64,000 nucleotides of DNA from positions 1-64,000 of the IMG/VR virus record IMGVR_UViG_3300023174_000151, one strand, 5' to 3'. Every line of letters starts with the position of its first letter. Within the stretch, counting starts at the first letter, position 1. Source of the stretch: a virus. Shown one piece after another: positions 26,531 through 36,764 of this stretch. The translations under genes and the position numbers were made by a program. The notes beneath the pieces were generated by a model. It saw only the letters and a program-made list of their open reading frames with translations. It made no database searches and had not been told where the DNA came from.

Positions 26531-26722
26531 ATGAACACCCACGTGATTAGCGTGGGCGAGTGGTCACAATCTCTACTTAACCGCATGGATAGTGCGGTGG
26601 AAGGGGATGTGTTTTGCTTGCCAACACCCATGCACCTACATATGTATGAATTAATAAAAGAACAGTATTTCGACCAGAAGCAGTTTAAAGTGGAAGTCAT
26701 TCAAACAAAGGCAGTAGCATGA
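26531..26722 (+). CDS. hypothetical protein
   Basis: ATGA overlap with primase. Confidence 0.6.
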   Translation: MNTHVISVGEWSQSLLNRMDSAVEGDVFCLPTPMHLHMYELIKEQYFDQKQFKVEVIQTKAVA

Positions 26723-29382
26723 CCAGTACAAGTCAAAAGGCAGTAAGGCCAGGTGAGATTAAGATTAGTTTAATACCGATTGATTGGCCTCTTACTCCGT
26801 TAGGACCAAATAAAGATCCGTATACACATGGGTGGCAACTGAAACCCTTTACTATCACAGAGATTGAAGATGAACTTGCTTCGGGACAATGTAAGGCTAT
26901 CGGATTGTTGGGCGGTCCTTTCTACAATCATCCTTATGGGTTGTGCTGGGTTGATGTTGATGGACCGAGCGTATTCGATCTCATTGAAAAAACAGCAGAG
27001 CTCCCATACGCTCAAGCATTGCCACCAACCCTGACTATATGTAGTGGAAAAGTAGGTCGTGAACGCCGTCTATACAAAGTAAGTCGTGATCATCAGAAGC
27101 ACTTCATACGAAATAAGTACACTTGGCACTCAGAAACCAACAAAGAAAAACTTGAAATCCTTTGGTCTAAACACCAAGGGGTGTTGATGGGTATGCATCC
27201 AGAGACTGAGGGTTATTTCACAAAAGACGGGTTGGGATTCGAGTGGGTACATAACTTGCCTGAGTTACCTGAATGGATCTTATCTGGAATCATTACTAAG
27301 AATGCAAGGCAAGGTAAGCCATCCGTCGAAACTTCTCGCGTCGTAGGCCCAGGGTTTGTTATTGAAGCTGAGATGGGTCTCGAACGAGATATCCAATTGG
27401 CAAAAGAGGCTACATGGGGTATGCCACCAGAGGCTGCCGATGACTATGACATCTGGTTAACGGTAGGTCAGACATTACATTCCTTAGACGAATCTTTGCT
27501 TGATGAATGGGATGAATGGTCTAAACAGTCGCCTAAATATAAGGAAGGTGTATGTCACAGTCGTTGGCTTGGCTTTAATAAGCAGGGTGGACGTGGTGTC
27601 GGATCTCTTATTTTTATGGCAAAAGAACAAGGGTGGTCACCGTCTCAAGAACACCGCGCCATGAGCGTAGACGATTCAACCTTAGAACATATAGCAAAAC
27701 AACTTGCGGAAATGCAAAACACATTTGAGTATACACAGCAACAACAAGTGGAAGATCAACTGATAACAGTTGTTCCTATGTCAAGCAAAGAGGAAAAAAA
27801 GAAAAGGACTAGACGCACAAAAGAAGGTGATGGTGATAAGCCACCTAGGAACAGGGCTGCCAATGAAATTGCCGATAACATAATGGCACTTTATGGTGAG
27901 CACCTTAAGTACAGCGAACAACATGGCTGCTTCTATCTATATGAATACCGTTCTAAAGGCGTGTGGTGTAGCCTGTCAGATAACGAAATGAAAGGCTCGG
28001 TAAAAGATAAGATTGAATATGTGAAAGGTGAGCTGTTGCCTAATGGTTACAGTATGTCCATGATTACAGATGTTGTAGAACAACTACGCATCTCCCTTCT
28101 GGATGACGATTGGTATGAAGGTTCAGACTATTTGTTATTCACTAATGGCATCTTGGATGTACAAACGCGAGAACTGCTGCCTTTTAATTGGAAACTACAT
28201 ATGACACAACAGTTGCCATATGAATATGATCCAGGGGCAGATTGTGAACATATCATTAAGTGGTTGAAGGGTACACAAGCTAATGATTGGGGTCGCGTTC
28301 AAGTGTTAAGGGCTTGGCTTCGTGCTGTACTACTTAGTCACTCAGAGATACAGAAGTTTGTTGAAGTTGTAGGTCCAGGTAAATCAGGTAAATCGACGTA
28401 TGCAAACTTGGCACATGCACTGGTAGGACAAGACAATGCTATGACGTCTAGCCTGGAGCACATTGAGAAGAATAGGTTCGAGACAGCGAACTTATATAAG
28501 AAGAAGTTGGTATTGTTTAATGATGTTGAACGATATGGCGGTTCGGTAGCCATGTTAAAAGGCTTGACTGGTGGTGACTTAATACGTAAGGAACGTAAGT
28601 TTCAATCTGGGTCCCAGAATCCGTTTAAGTTTTCTGGTCTCGTCATAATTACAGCTAACGAACCTATTCAGACAACAGACCCTACTTCTGGTTTGGCTCG
28701 TAGACGCCTGACGATACCATTTGATAAACCATTTAAAGGTAGTTCGGCAGAGCAACGTATCCTTATTGATATGAACGATAAAGGTAAGCCGTACGGAGAT
28801 TTTGCTTCTTTGCTTCCAGGGTTGGTTAACTGGTTACTTGATATGTCGGAAGTAGAGATGCGTGAATACCTTATGGAAACAACAACGAAAGTACCGTTTT
28901 TTGCTAAGCACAATAAAGAACAGATCTTGAAATCAAATTCGTTATTGGATTGGATGGAACATTGTGTTGTTTTTGATGTAGGTGCTGTTTGTCAAATAGG
29001 ACAAAAAAAACTTGCACCGCGAGAAACTAGTACAGTATATGTTAATGCTGGTTGGCAGTTATATCCAAACTATTGTGAGTTCTCTACTGGATCTGGTAAC
29101 AATATAATGTCTCGTTCTAGGTTTGAAAATAATTTCTTGGATGCATGTAAGCACCAGTTGGGGTTAAATGTTTATAAATTTAAACAAGGTAATACTTGGT
29201 TGTTTGGTAATGTTGCTTGTCGTGCCGAGGCTTCTCAGAAACATTCAGACTATCCTTCTATTATTGAAGTGGGTTTGAATAAGGCTAAATGGTTAGAACA
29301 TTATGGAGAAACACTAATTAAGGAAACTGATGAGACAATAGAGATTGGTGAAGAACAAACGTGGGACATGGTAAGCATATGA
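26719..29382 (+). CDS. Prim-Pol primase / PriCT-2 / D5-type SF3 helicase
   Basis: WVDVDG; YDIWL.VG..LH...WDEWSKQSPKY; FTNG.LD; GPGKSGKST; ANE. Confidence 0.9.
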   Translation: MTSTSQKAVRPGEIKISLIPIDWPLTPLGPNKDPYTHGWQLKPFTITEIEDELASGQCKAIGLLGGPFYNHPYGLCWVDVDGPSVFDLIEKTAELPYAQALPPTLTICSGKVGRERRLYKVSRDHQKHFIRNKYTWHSETNKEKLEILWSKHQGVLMGMHPETEGYFTKDGLGFEWVHNLPELPEWILSGIITKNARQGKPSVETSRVVGPGFVIEAEMGLERDIQLAKEATWGMPPEAADDYDIWLTVGQTLHSLDESLLDEWDEWSKQSPKYKEGVCHSRWLGFNKQGGRGVGSLIFMAKEQGWSPSQEHRAMSVDDSTLEHIAKQLAEMQNTFEYTQQQQVEDQLITVVPMSSKEEKKKRTRRTKEGDGDKPPRNRAANEIADNIMALYGEHLKYSEQHGCFYLYEYRSKGVWCSLSDNEMKGSVKDKIEYVKGELLPNGYSMSMITDVVEQLRISLLDDDWYEGSDYLLFTNGILDVQTRELLPFNWKLHMTQQLPYEYDPGADCEHIIKWLKGTQANDWGRVQVLRAWLRAVLLSHSEIQKFVEVVGPGKSGKSTYANLAHALVGQDNAMTSSLEHIEKNRFETANLYKKKLVLFNDVERYGGSVAMLKGLTGGDLIRKERKFQSGSQNPFKFSGLVIITANEPIQTTDPTSGLARRRLTIPFDKPFKGSSAEQRILIDMNDKGKPYGDFASLLPGLVNWLLDMSEVEMREYLMETTTKVPFFAKHNKEQILKSNSLLDWMEHCVVFDVGAVCQIGQKKLAPRETSTVYVNAGWQLYPNYCEFSTGSGNNIMSRSRFENNFLDACKHQLGLNVYKFKQGNTWLFGNVACRAEASQKHSDYPSIIEVGLNKAKWLEHYGETLIKETDETIEIGEEQTWDMVSI

Positions 29383-29711
29383 TTCTTGATCTGTACGGTT
29401 GCCCCCGTGAGATTCTGGATGACTACGACTATTTGCAGGAGGTGATGGAGACAGCCATAAGCATGTCTGGCGCTACCTTATTGCGTATTTTTGGAGAGAA
29501 GTTTAGTCCGCAAGGCGTCACACTATTGGCATTACTTGCGGAATCTCATGCCTCTATTCATACGTGGCCGGAGCAAGGCTATGCTGCTGTTGATTTATAT
29601 ACTTGTAATCCAGAAGGTGTGACCCCACATAAGGCGGTGGAATACATAAAAGAAAAGTTGGGTGCAACAGACGTAAAAGAACAAGAGGTAGAGCGTCAAA
29701 CTACTCTATAA
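29361..29711 (+). CDS. speD: S-adenosylmethionine decarboxylase proenzyme (pyruvoyl)
   Basis: GKH..LDLYGC, F.PQGVT, LAESHASIHTWPE, DLYTC. Confidence 0.9.
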   Translation: MGHGKHMILDLYGCPREILDDYDYLQEVMETAISMSGATLLRIFGEKFSPQGVTLLALLAESHASIHTWPEQGYAAVDLYTCNPEGVTPHKAVEYIKEKLGATDVKEQEVERQTTL

Positions 29712-29741
29712 ATACGATATATTACATACAGTTAAACACAT

Positions 29742-31040
29742 TTGAACATGAGTAAAAAGAAAACTAAGGTTCTTTGGTGCGCCGATCTGGTGGCAATGAC
29801 CGGTTTTGCCAGGGTAAGTGGTGGAATATTACCGCGTCTACGCGATGATTTTGAGATTGTTTGCATGGCTTCTAATTGGTGGGGTGACCCATGTGATGAG
29901 CAAGTTCTGTATCGCATGTACCCAGCCTCCAACAGGCATCAGACGGCTCCTTTTGGCGAGCAACGGATTCGTGAGATTGTCGAAAAGGAACAACCTGACA
30001 TCGTATTTAGTTTGAATGATCCATGGATTGTGAGTGAACAATATAAACAGATTCAGGATTTACATAAAGCTGGGAAGTTTAAGTTCGTTGGGTACCTCAC
30101 TATGGACTCAATGAATTGGGTAGGTGGTATTGATCCACATATCAATGATTGGGATGCGTTGGTTGCATTTACAGAATTTGGTGCACACGAATTTGTGAAG
30201 GGCGGTGTGACAAAGCCTATTGCTGTTATTCCCCATGGGTTGGATACCAAGGATTTTTATCCTATGGATCAAGGGGAAGCAAGGAAAAGGTTGGGACTAA
30301 AGGAGGACATCTTTATTTGTTTGAATGGGAATCGCAATCAGTTTAGGAAGAGGCAGGATATTACGATCGCTGCGTTTGCCAAGTTTGCGGTAGGTAGACC
30401 TAATGCACAGTTGTATATGCACATGGGGTTAAAGGATCAGGGTTGGGATTTGATGTCGTTATTTGGTAGGGAGATGGTCAAGAATGGCTTAGATCCAAAT
30501 GGAAGGATCATTATGACAGCTAATAATCCTAATCCTCCTAACGTACCTGTGGACATGCTGCGGTCGATCTATAACTGTGCTGACGTTGGTGTTAATACGT
30601 GTAAAGGTGGGGGCTGGGAGCTTGTTAACTTCGAGCATGCGGCATGTCGTATAGCTCAAGTGGTACCGAACCATACGGCAACCAAGGAGATCTTTGAGGG
30701 TTACGGTAAGTTAATTGAATGTAATCACATTGATGTTGATACGAACTACTGCCGTGAGATGCCGTGCCCTAGCACGGAACACCTGACTGAGATTCTGTGT
30801 GAACTGTATGAGTCACCAGTGCTGCTGGAGAAGACTGCACAGGATTGTTACAACCGTGTAACAGATGCACAGTTTAGTTGGGACACAATAGCGTCTCAGT
30901 TTGGCGGCATCTTTGAGGATGTAATGAATGGGGTAGGTCATGAGGTTGCACCAGAGGGGCAGCAGATCGTGAAGGAGGAGAAGAAGAAGAGAAAAAGTAG
31001 GAAGGAACGTGAACGAAAAGAGGTGTGTAGCCTAAAGTAG
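29742..31040 (+). CDS. GT-B (GT4-like) glycosyltransferase
   Basis: TGFARV, IPHG.D, NRNQ.RKR.D, GWEL..FEHAAC. Confidence 0.85.
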   Translation: MNMSKKKTKVLWCADLVAMTGFARVSGGILPRLRDDFEIVCMASNWWGDPCDEQVLYRMYPASNRHQTAPFGEQRIREIVEKEQPDIVFSLNDPWIVSEQYKQIQDLHKAGKFKFVGYLTMDSMNWVGGIDPHINDWDALVAFTEFGAHEFVKGGVTKPIAVIPHGLDTKDFYPMDQGEARKRLGLKEDIFICLNGNRNQFRKRQDITIAAFAKFAVGRPNAQLYMHMGLKDQGWDLMSLFGREMVKNGLDPNGRIIMTANNPNPPNVPVDMLRSIYNCADVGVNTCKGGGWELVNFEHAACRIAQVVPNHTATKEIFEGYGKLIECNHIDVDTNYCREMPCPSTEHLTEILCELYESPVLLEKTAQDCYNRVTDAQFSWDTIASQFGGIFEDVMNGVGHEVAPEGQQIVKEEKKKRKSRKERERKEVCSLK

Positions 31041-31057
31041 GTAGTACATAAGTATTG

Positions 31058-31085
31058 ATTCCTCCCGCAAGGGGGGATTTTTTTT
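31058..31085 (+). terminator. rho-independent terminator
   Basis: TCCTCCC-GCAA-GGGGGGA followed by T8. Confidence 0.8.
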
Positions 31086-31100
31086 GGCCTGAAACTTGTT

Positions 31101-31301
31101 GAAAACTCCAAACTATAGGTATAGCACGATTTTCATTAGATTCATGGAGTTTCCGACATTTCTGCATCAAAATGTCGTTCGCTATACCGATTCTCATGAG
31201 ACTCACCTAAATGCGTATACAAACCGACATTTCTGCATCGAATTGTCGGAAACCCTATAGAACTAATAAAAACATGGCTATACCTATAGTTTGGAGTTTT
31301 C
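31101..31301. repeat. 200-bp imperfect palindrome with 25-bp perfect terminal inverted repeats
   Basis: GAAAACTCCAAACTATAGGTATAGC at 31101-31125, reverse complement at 31277-31301. Confidence 0.9.
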
Positions 31302-31347
31302 CCAGCTCTAAGCAACGCTATACTTATTTTGTACCTACGCTTCTCCC

Positions 31348-31683
31348 ATGGGACGCAACTACAAACCAATGCCTCCTCTTTGGAGAATCCAAGAGTTAGT
31401 TGAGTTAACTGATGATCATCCCAGTGGCCTTTACTACCCCCGTAAAAAGAAGTTCGTCACACACAAGCACAAACACTCTGGCCACTATCTAGTGTCACTT
31501 GACGCCGACGTATACCTTGCGCACAGGGTCGTCTACTACCTACGTACAGGCCGAAGCCCTGATCTTTGTTCCATCACCCATCATTCCTATAACAAAGACA
31601 AGGACAACCGTCAGGAGCTCTGTAGCACCGCACCTAAACGCACAACAAAAAAACCTAATCCTCCTTGGATGCAAGACGTCTAA
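31348..31683 (+). CDS. HNH endonuclease-like protein (possibly degenerate)
   Basis: PSGL...YLAHRVVY...H....DN. Confidence 0.6.
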   Translation: MGRNYKPMPPLWRIQELVELTDDHPSGLYYPRKKKFVTHKHKHSGHYLVSLDADVYLAHRVVYYLRTGRSPDLCSITHHSYNKDKDNRQELCSTAPKRTTKKPNPPWMQDV

Positions 31684-32354
31684 TGACAAACGTTCTCAAG
31701 AAGGTGTTGAAGACTAACTTTCGTTATGTCCCAGGTATCGACAGCCTCGACGAAGGGCAGCTTGACGAATATGGGTACTACAAAGGTTATCCTTGTCCAC
31801 ACCACCACCACATCAGGGACAAACAAAATCACTGGTGTTACCACTGTGTCGTAAAGATCCTGTCCAACACCTGTGGCTTCAATACGAACTTTCTTCATCC
31901 GTACTACAACCACAAGTACGAACAACTGTGGAAAAACATTGAGGTGGGTGATCTTGATGAGTGTTGGGAAATAGATTTACCTGGGAGCAGAAGTCCTAAA
32001 CGCATTGGCTTTCCTTCTTATCGCTCACGATTCACTGGACGTGCGATAGAAAATGTCACACCACACAAGGTGATCTACCAGTGTGCTTGGGGTGATATAG
32101 GTGCAATGACAGTGTCTAGGGCTTGTGGTAACCCCTGGTGCGCCAACCCATTACATCTGGTCTCAAGCTGGAATATTGGCTTACCACCTTCCTCTATAAC
32201 ACCGTTTATACGTACGTTTGAACCTACGCATGTAATGGCACTCATCAAAGCAAAGAAAGAAGGGCGAGAACAAGAGTTAATTCAGCGGTACCACAAGCAA
32301 GTAATACGTAATCCCTTATGTGCAAAAGACGCACCTTACTACGATGAAGGTTGA
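31665..32354 (+). CDS. His-Me finger / zinc-binding HNH-like protein
   Basis: CPHHH..CYHC; DECWE; CGNPWCANPLHL. Confidence 0.65.
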   Translation: MDARRLMTNVLKKVLKTNFRYVPGIDSLDEGQLDEYGYYKGYPCPHHHHIRDKQNHWCYHCVVKILSNTCGFNTNFLHPYYNHKYEQLWKNIEVGDLDECWEIDLPGSRSPKRIGFPSYRSRFTGRAIENVTPHKVIYQCAWGDIGAMTVSRACGNPWCANPLHLVSSWNIGLPPSSITPFIRTFEPTHVMALIKAKKEGREQELIQRYHKQVIRNPLCAKDAPYYDEG

Positions 32355-32396
32355 GTTTTCAGAATTAGAATATACAAACGGAACATTGATAAAATA

Positions 32397-33521
32397 ATGG
32401 CACGCACTTCTGCTGTAGCTCAAGATCGTCGTAGTTTAAACAATCCATTAAACCTTGGCACCTTTTCTTCTACTTCTTTACGTTATCTAAAAGGTTCTTT
32501 AGGTCCCAAGAATAAAATTGTTGGTTATGCTGACACCAATCAACTTTCTAACGGTGGTTTTGGTGGAGGCGCTTATACTAATTGGTTTTCAATTACAATT
32601 ACTGATCCCGCTTGGATTATTATTGCTAAAGGTAATCCTCGACCACAGTACATTCAAACATCAACATATGATCTAAATAAAAATCCAATTCAGGGAGAAG
32701 CAATTTTTGACGCTGATTCAGTTACTGACGGTTTAAAAACAAACGGAGAAGTTTATATTCCATATCTGGACACTATGATGAGTGCTCAGTCAGATTTATA
32801 CAACACATTTGCAAGGTCACGTTTAGATCGTGGTGATGAACGTTATTATCCATTGGAAGTAGGAAGTTATTTAATATGTATTTCAACAACACGTAATGAA
32901 CCTCTTGATTATGAGGTAGGTGTTGTTATTGAATTTCCAGTAACAGAATTATTTGTTGGCTTAGAAGATACTGATGAATCTGGTTTATTCTTACAAGAAA
33001 CTGCAATTGACTTTACACGGACTATTACCGTCTCATCAACTATTACTGTTGATACAATAATAACTTCTAACTTTGACCGGCCTAATGCTTTTACTGAGAA
33101 TATCTGTACAATCAATGCTGGTATAACTGTTGAAGTTGGTTTGTTTCAAAGTAATCCAGATATAACTTTTACACCTTCTGCTACTGTTCTTATTTCTTCA
33201 CCTGTAATTATTAATACACTAATATCTTCAAACGCTTTTTCTGTAACTACATGTACTATAAATTTTGGTGTAACAGTTACCATATCATCAACTTCTATTT
33301 GGTTTATTTCTTTATTCTCTGGTTCTACTTGGCTTATTGATGTGCCAATACCTTCTTCTCAAGACGATGACTTTAAAATTATCATAGACCCAGGGGGAGA
33401 ATCTTCTTTTGCTGGTTTCCATGACCATTCTTTAACTGAGTGGAAAAATGCGTGGGAAAGCCAACATCAAAGCACAGATGTTTTTCCTGAACTCTTTGCT
33501 TCTTTAACAAACAGACTATGA
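32397..33521 (+). CDS. hypothetical, probable virion protein
   Basis: Beta-rich; internally repeated CTINxG.TV segment. Confidence 0.6.
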   Translation: MARTSAVAQDRRSLNNPLNLGTFSSTSLRYLKGSLGPKNKIVGYADTNQLSNGGFGGGAYTNWFSITITDPAWIIIAKGNPRPQYIQTSTYDLNKNPIQGEAIFDADSVTDGLKTNGEVYIPYLDTMMSAQSDLYNTFARSRLDRGDERYYPLEVGSYLICISTTRNEPLDYEVGVVIEFPVTELFVGLEDTDESGLFLQETAIDFTRTITVSSTITVDTIITSNFDRPNAFTENICTINAGITVEVGLFQSNPDITFTPSATVLISSPVIINTLISSNAFSVTTCTINFGVTVTISSTSIWFISLFSGSTWLIDVPIPSSQDDDFKIIIDPGGESSFAGFHDHSLTEWKNAWESQHQSTDVFPELFASLTNRL

Positions 33522-33940
33522 TTTCAAGAAAAAAGAAAACAAAAACAGTTGTACTACCAGGTGGTCTCTTACTTAAGATGCGTTTGCTCCCTTGGATACG
33601 TACAGAGAAAGGTTGTGTATGGCTCGCAAGCTTAGCTATTGGTCGTTCCAAACGACAGATAAATGATTGGATGGATCGTAGAAAGAAAAAATCAGTAGCT
33701 AAATTAGATAAAAGTTTAAACGGCACTTTTGGTCCTAAAACACAAGCAATTGCAATACGTCAAGTACGTCAGTGGGTAGATGAATTACCAAAGGGGGAAT
33801 CAATCGCCTTACGTTGTGAGTCAACTGTTTCTGATAAACAGTTTCGTGTGTGGAAGAAATGGTTTACAAAACATGAAGATATAAGGTGGGAAATATCAGA
33901 AGAACACAAATCTTTTTTCTTTTACAAATCAATACTGTAA
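33518..33940 (+). CDS. hypothetical basic protein
   Basis: ATGA overlap. Confidence 0.6.
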   Translation: MISRKKKTKTVVLPGGLLLKMRLLPWIRTEKGCVWLASLAIGRSKRQINDWMDRRKKKSVAKLDKSLNGTFGPKTQAIAIRQVRQWVDELPKGESIALRCESTVSDKQFRVWKKWFTKHEDIRWEISEEHKSFFFYKSIL

Positions 33941-33964
33941 AATAAAAGTAATCAAGTAAGTTTC

Positions 33965-34126
33965 ATGAATTTTTCCAAGTACCTCGAAGTAGCTCTTGCT
34001 ATCCATGCAGCAGCTAGTGTTATTACAGCTTTGACTCCAACACCAAAAGATGACGGTCTTGTTCGTCAGTTCTATAAGGTAATTGAAATCTTAGCTTTAG
34101 TTGTAGGTAAAGCTAAACAACGTTGA
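33965..34126 (+). CDS. small holin-like membrane protein (53 aa, not in ORF track)
   Basis: Hydrophobic helix, TPTPKDD, basic C-terminus; convergent with endolysin. Confidence 0.55.
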   Translation: MNFSKYLEVALAIHAAASVITALTPTPKDDGLVRQFYKVIEILALVVGKAKQR

Positions 34127-34128
34127 GT

Positions 34129-35220
34129 TCAGGTGAGAACACACCAACCGGAACCTGGCCCTTCGACTAGCCATCTAGGGTTAAAATTTTTGTAGCTATA
34201 TTTGCGTTTAGCACCATTAGTACTTACATATTCACCAGACAATAAATCTATTTCGCCCCAGGGATCGTTGACAATATAACCAGTATCGTCGTAACCAATA
34301 ATACAAAGCCAATGCCCACCTCCTCGTGGTGAATTTACAGGACCATGGTGGAGAAAACCGACAGGAACAGGTTTGTTATTGTTGATTTGCTTCTTAATTA
34401 ACTCGACTGTACCTTTAACACTAAAGCGTGCTTCTACGCCATACTTAAACAAAGCTTTAATTTGCGCTGTGCTATCCGTGCTATCACCATAAGTAAACAC
34501 AGTTTTAATGTAGTCATCATCACCTGTTATTGCTTTGGGTTTCAGATATTTCAACATCATGGCACAACTAGAACTAAAGCATGTTCTACCTGCGTCTCTG
34601 TAGTTATCCCTTTGACTCATGTAAAAAACAGGTAGGGGATTTACTTTTGGTACGTCACCCCCTGGTGCCTCAAGCTTTTGATCCATTATCTGAATCACTT
34701 TCGTGGGGTATCCAGGATCTGTTGCATAGCCTTGTTCTTTAAGTTGTTCTGCTGCTGCATTACGATTTGGTGCGTTGTTAACACCTTTGTATCCTTCGTA
34801 ATCTTTGTACCATCGGTCAACGAGATAGGAAACACAAGTACGTAGGTCAGGAAAATCAAGGAACCCATCAGTAATTGTGATCCAGTTGCCGTTAATAAAT
34901 TCCTGCGTAGATTGATTAGTTCCTGATCCTTTAAGTCCAAAGTAGTTGTTCTTACCCGAGACATGTTTTCCCCAGTTTGATTCCAATGCCCATTGTGCTG
35001 CTACTAATTCTGGATATTTGGCACCAGAAACTTTAGCTGCTGCTGTAATACCATCCCAATCATTGGTATAAGTGTCTTGAGCAGAAGCATTCGTACGGTA
35101 CTTAACAAAGAATTCTTTTAGTTTATCAGCTGGAATGTTAGTTTCCAGCCAATTAAACGCATCTGTTTGTTCTTTAAGTCCTTTATAGAACCTAGCTGCA
35201 TCGGTAAGTTTGTCTGCCAT
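34129..35220 (-). CDS. endolysin: GH73 glucosaminidase plus C39-like peptidase
   Basis: AQWALES.WG, NNYFGLK, GYATDP.Y; QRDN..CFSSSCAM, GGHW..IIGYD, DPWG. Confidence 0.9.
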   Translation of the reverse strand: MADKLTDAARFYKGLKEQTDAFNWLETNIPADKLKEFFVKYRTNASAQDTYTNDWDGITAAAKVSGAKYPELVAAQWALESNWGKHVSGKNNYFGLKGSGTNQSTQEFINGNWITITDGFLDFPDLRTCVSYLVDRWYKDYEGYKGVNNAPNRNAAAEQLKEQGYATDPGYPTKVIQIMDQKLEAPGGDVPKVNPLPVFYMSQRDNYRDAGRTCFSSSCAMMLKYLKPKAITGDDDYIKTVFTYGDSTDSTAQIKALFKYGVEARFSVKGTVELIKKQINNNKPVPVGFLHHGPVNSPRGGGHWLCIIGYDDTGYIVNDPWGEIDLLSGEYVSTNGAKRKYSYKNFNPRWLVEGPGSGWCVLT

Positions 35221-35227
35221 GATTTAA

Positions 35228-35407
35228 TCAATCAACAACATCAACTTCGTTTGTCTCAACAGGGTCTGCTTCTGGAGCAAACTCAAGAGTTTCTACTAGT
35301 TGACCAATGAGATTAACAGCAAAACCAATTAGATTGTGATCACCAGTAGCACGAGCCGAACCAAAGGAATTAATGGCACTAACCAACTCAGATTTTTTGC
35401 AAGCCAT
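35228..35407 (-). CDS. 59-aa hypothetical protein (not in ORF track)
   Basis: MACKKSELVSAINSF... Confidence 0.6.
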   Translation of the reverse strand: MACKKSELVSAINSFGSARATGDHNLIGFAVNLIGQLVETLEFAPEADPVETNEVDVVD

Positions 35408-35440
35408 GATGTGTAGATAACTGTTTAAAATATAGCAGAA

Positions 35441-35770
35441 TTAATTGTTCCAGGGGATACCCTGTGCATTTGTTGGATGTAGTTTCTGTTCGATCTGAGC
35501 AGCTAATGCTGTGGCAATATCAGAAACCTGTTCTTCTCCCAGGGCATCCTGCACCCAACCTACGACAGTTTCTTTGGTTAAATTTTCGTAAGGAATAAAA
35601 TTCTCTGGATCTTCAGCAACAGTAAAACCAATGCTGCCGTAGCAGCCAGCACTCTCACCTTGATCTTGTAAATTTACTGTCCAGTGTGCGGTATATACAG
35701 CACCATCTCTTAGATGACGTTCGAGTTGAGCAATATTCCATTCAGGTGTAGCAGGAGTAACGTCAGTCAT
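35441..35770 (-). CDS. tail-fibre-associated protein
   Basis: W.I..LER...VYTAHW...FIPYENLT.E.V.GWV...G.PW pattern, recalled from genes near fibre genes. Confidence 0.65.
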   Translation of the reverse strand: MTDVTPATPEWNIAQLERHLRDGAVYTAHWTVNLQDQGESAGCYGSIGFTVAEDPENFIPYENLTKETVVGWVQDALGEEQVSDIATALAAQIEQKLHPTNAQGIPWNN

Positions 35771-35801
35771 AAAACTCTTTTTTCTTATTATAGGTCAGTT
35801 T

Positions 35802-36656
35802 TTACAATTCTGGCATTTCGTATTCTTTTGTGCTGTTGCAATAGTGTTTAAAGATGATCTCACTTGTGTTCCCTGCCCATGATGCTACCTGTGGTACAGG
35901 AATACCAGCTTCTATCCAGCAACTGATCGCAGTGTGGCGACAATCGTAGGGACGGTATAGGTGAGAAATTACTCTTGTGTCATGTAAAGGCTTTAGTTTT
36001 TTACGGAAGTAACTTTGAAAAGCTACTCGATCCCAAGGAAAAATAAAATCATTTTCCTTTGGTACTTTTTCAAGAAGCTCTTGGCACTTGTTGTTGAGTG
36101 GGACCCAGCGTTTCTTGTTGGTTTTAGTACTGTTCTTTAAACCGTGTGTAAGGGTGTAGTTCTGATGTACAAGAATCTTATTTTCTTTAATATCATCCCA
36201 GCGTAAAGCCCGCACTTCTCCTGTACGCATTGCTGTTTGAAGCATGAATTCTGTGTACCAAGACCAATTAACATTCCTATATGTACGCTTTGCCGCTAAT
36301 GCGGCTAACACTATACCTATTTCATTTCTAGGAATAACAATAATCTCTTCATCTTTCTGTGGCGGCTTAGGCATTTTAAAGCTAGCCAAAGGATTCTTGT
36401 CCATATGTCCTACATCTTCTTGTGCTGCCCATTTGTACATTGTTTTTGCGTACATCGCTACACGCCTGGAAGCAAGCACAGGCTTTTCTCCCAGTATCCA
36501 GATCATGACCTTTCGTGCTTCGCTGATGTCTTGTACTGGACAACGGGATAACCATTTTGTGGTTTGCCTGTAATCAGATGTAAGGCTAGTGGGACACAGC
36601 GAAATTGAACGTTCTTCCAGGAAGGCGTTCCATAATTCTTTGAGTTCTAGTGCCAT
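35802..36656 (-). CDS. tyrosine recombinase / integrase
   Basis: MRTGEVRAL.W, TKT, PYDCRHT, AGNT, KHY. Confidence 0.9.
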   Translation of the reverse strand: MALELKELWNAFLEERSISLCPTSLTSDYRQTTKWLSRCPVQDISEARKVMIWILGEKPVLASRRVAMYAKTMYKWAAQEDVGHMDKNPLASFKMPKPPQKDEEIIVIPRNEIGIVLAALAAKRTYRNVNWSWYTEFMLQTAMRTGEVRALRWDDIKENKILVHQNYTLTHGLKNSTKTNKKRWVPLNNKCQELLEKVPKENDFIFPWDRVAFQSYFRKKLKPLHDTRVISHLYRPYDCRHTAISCWIEAGIPVPQVASWAGNTSEIIFKHYCNSTKEYEMPEL

Positions 36657-36726
36657 GGGATTGAGTGGTGTAAAGGGTTACACTACGCTGTTACGCACTA
36701 CTGGTCAATCCCTGTCTTTGCTACCA

Positions 36727-36756
36727 TAAAAAAAGGACGGCTGTTACCCCGTCCTT
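36727..36756 (-). terminator. rho-independent terminator
   Basis: AAGGACGG/CCGTCCTT stem with T-run on the minus strand. Confidence 0.6.
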
Positions 36757-36764
36757 ACCTTCTC

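Noticed and set aside
30874-31399. Short ORFs sharing the peptide AIPIVWSF on opposite strands
   Set aside because: Explained by the 25-bp inverted repeat; no coding evidence
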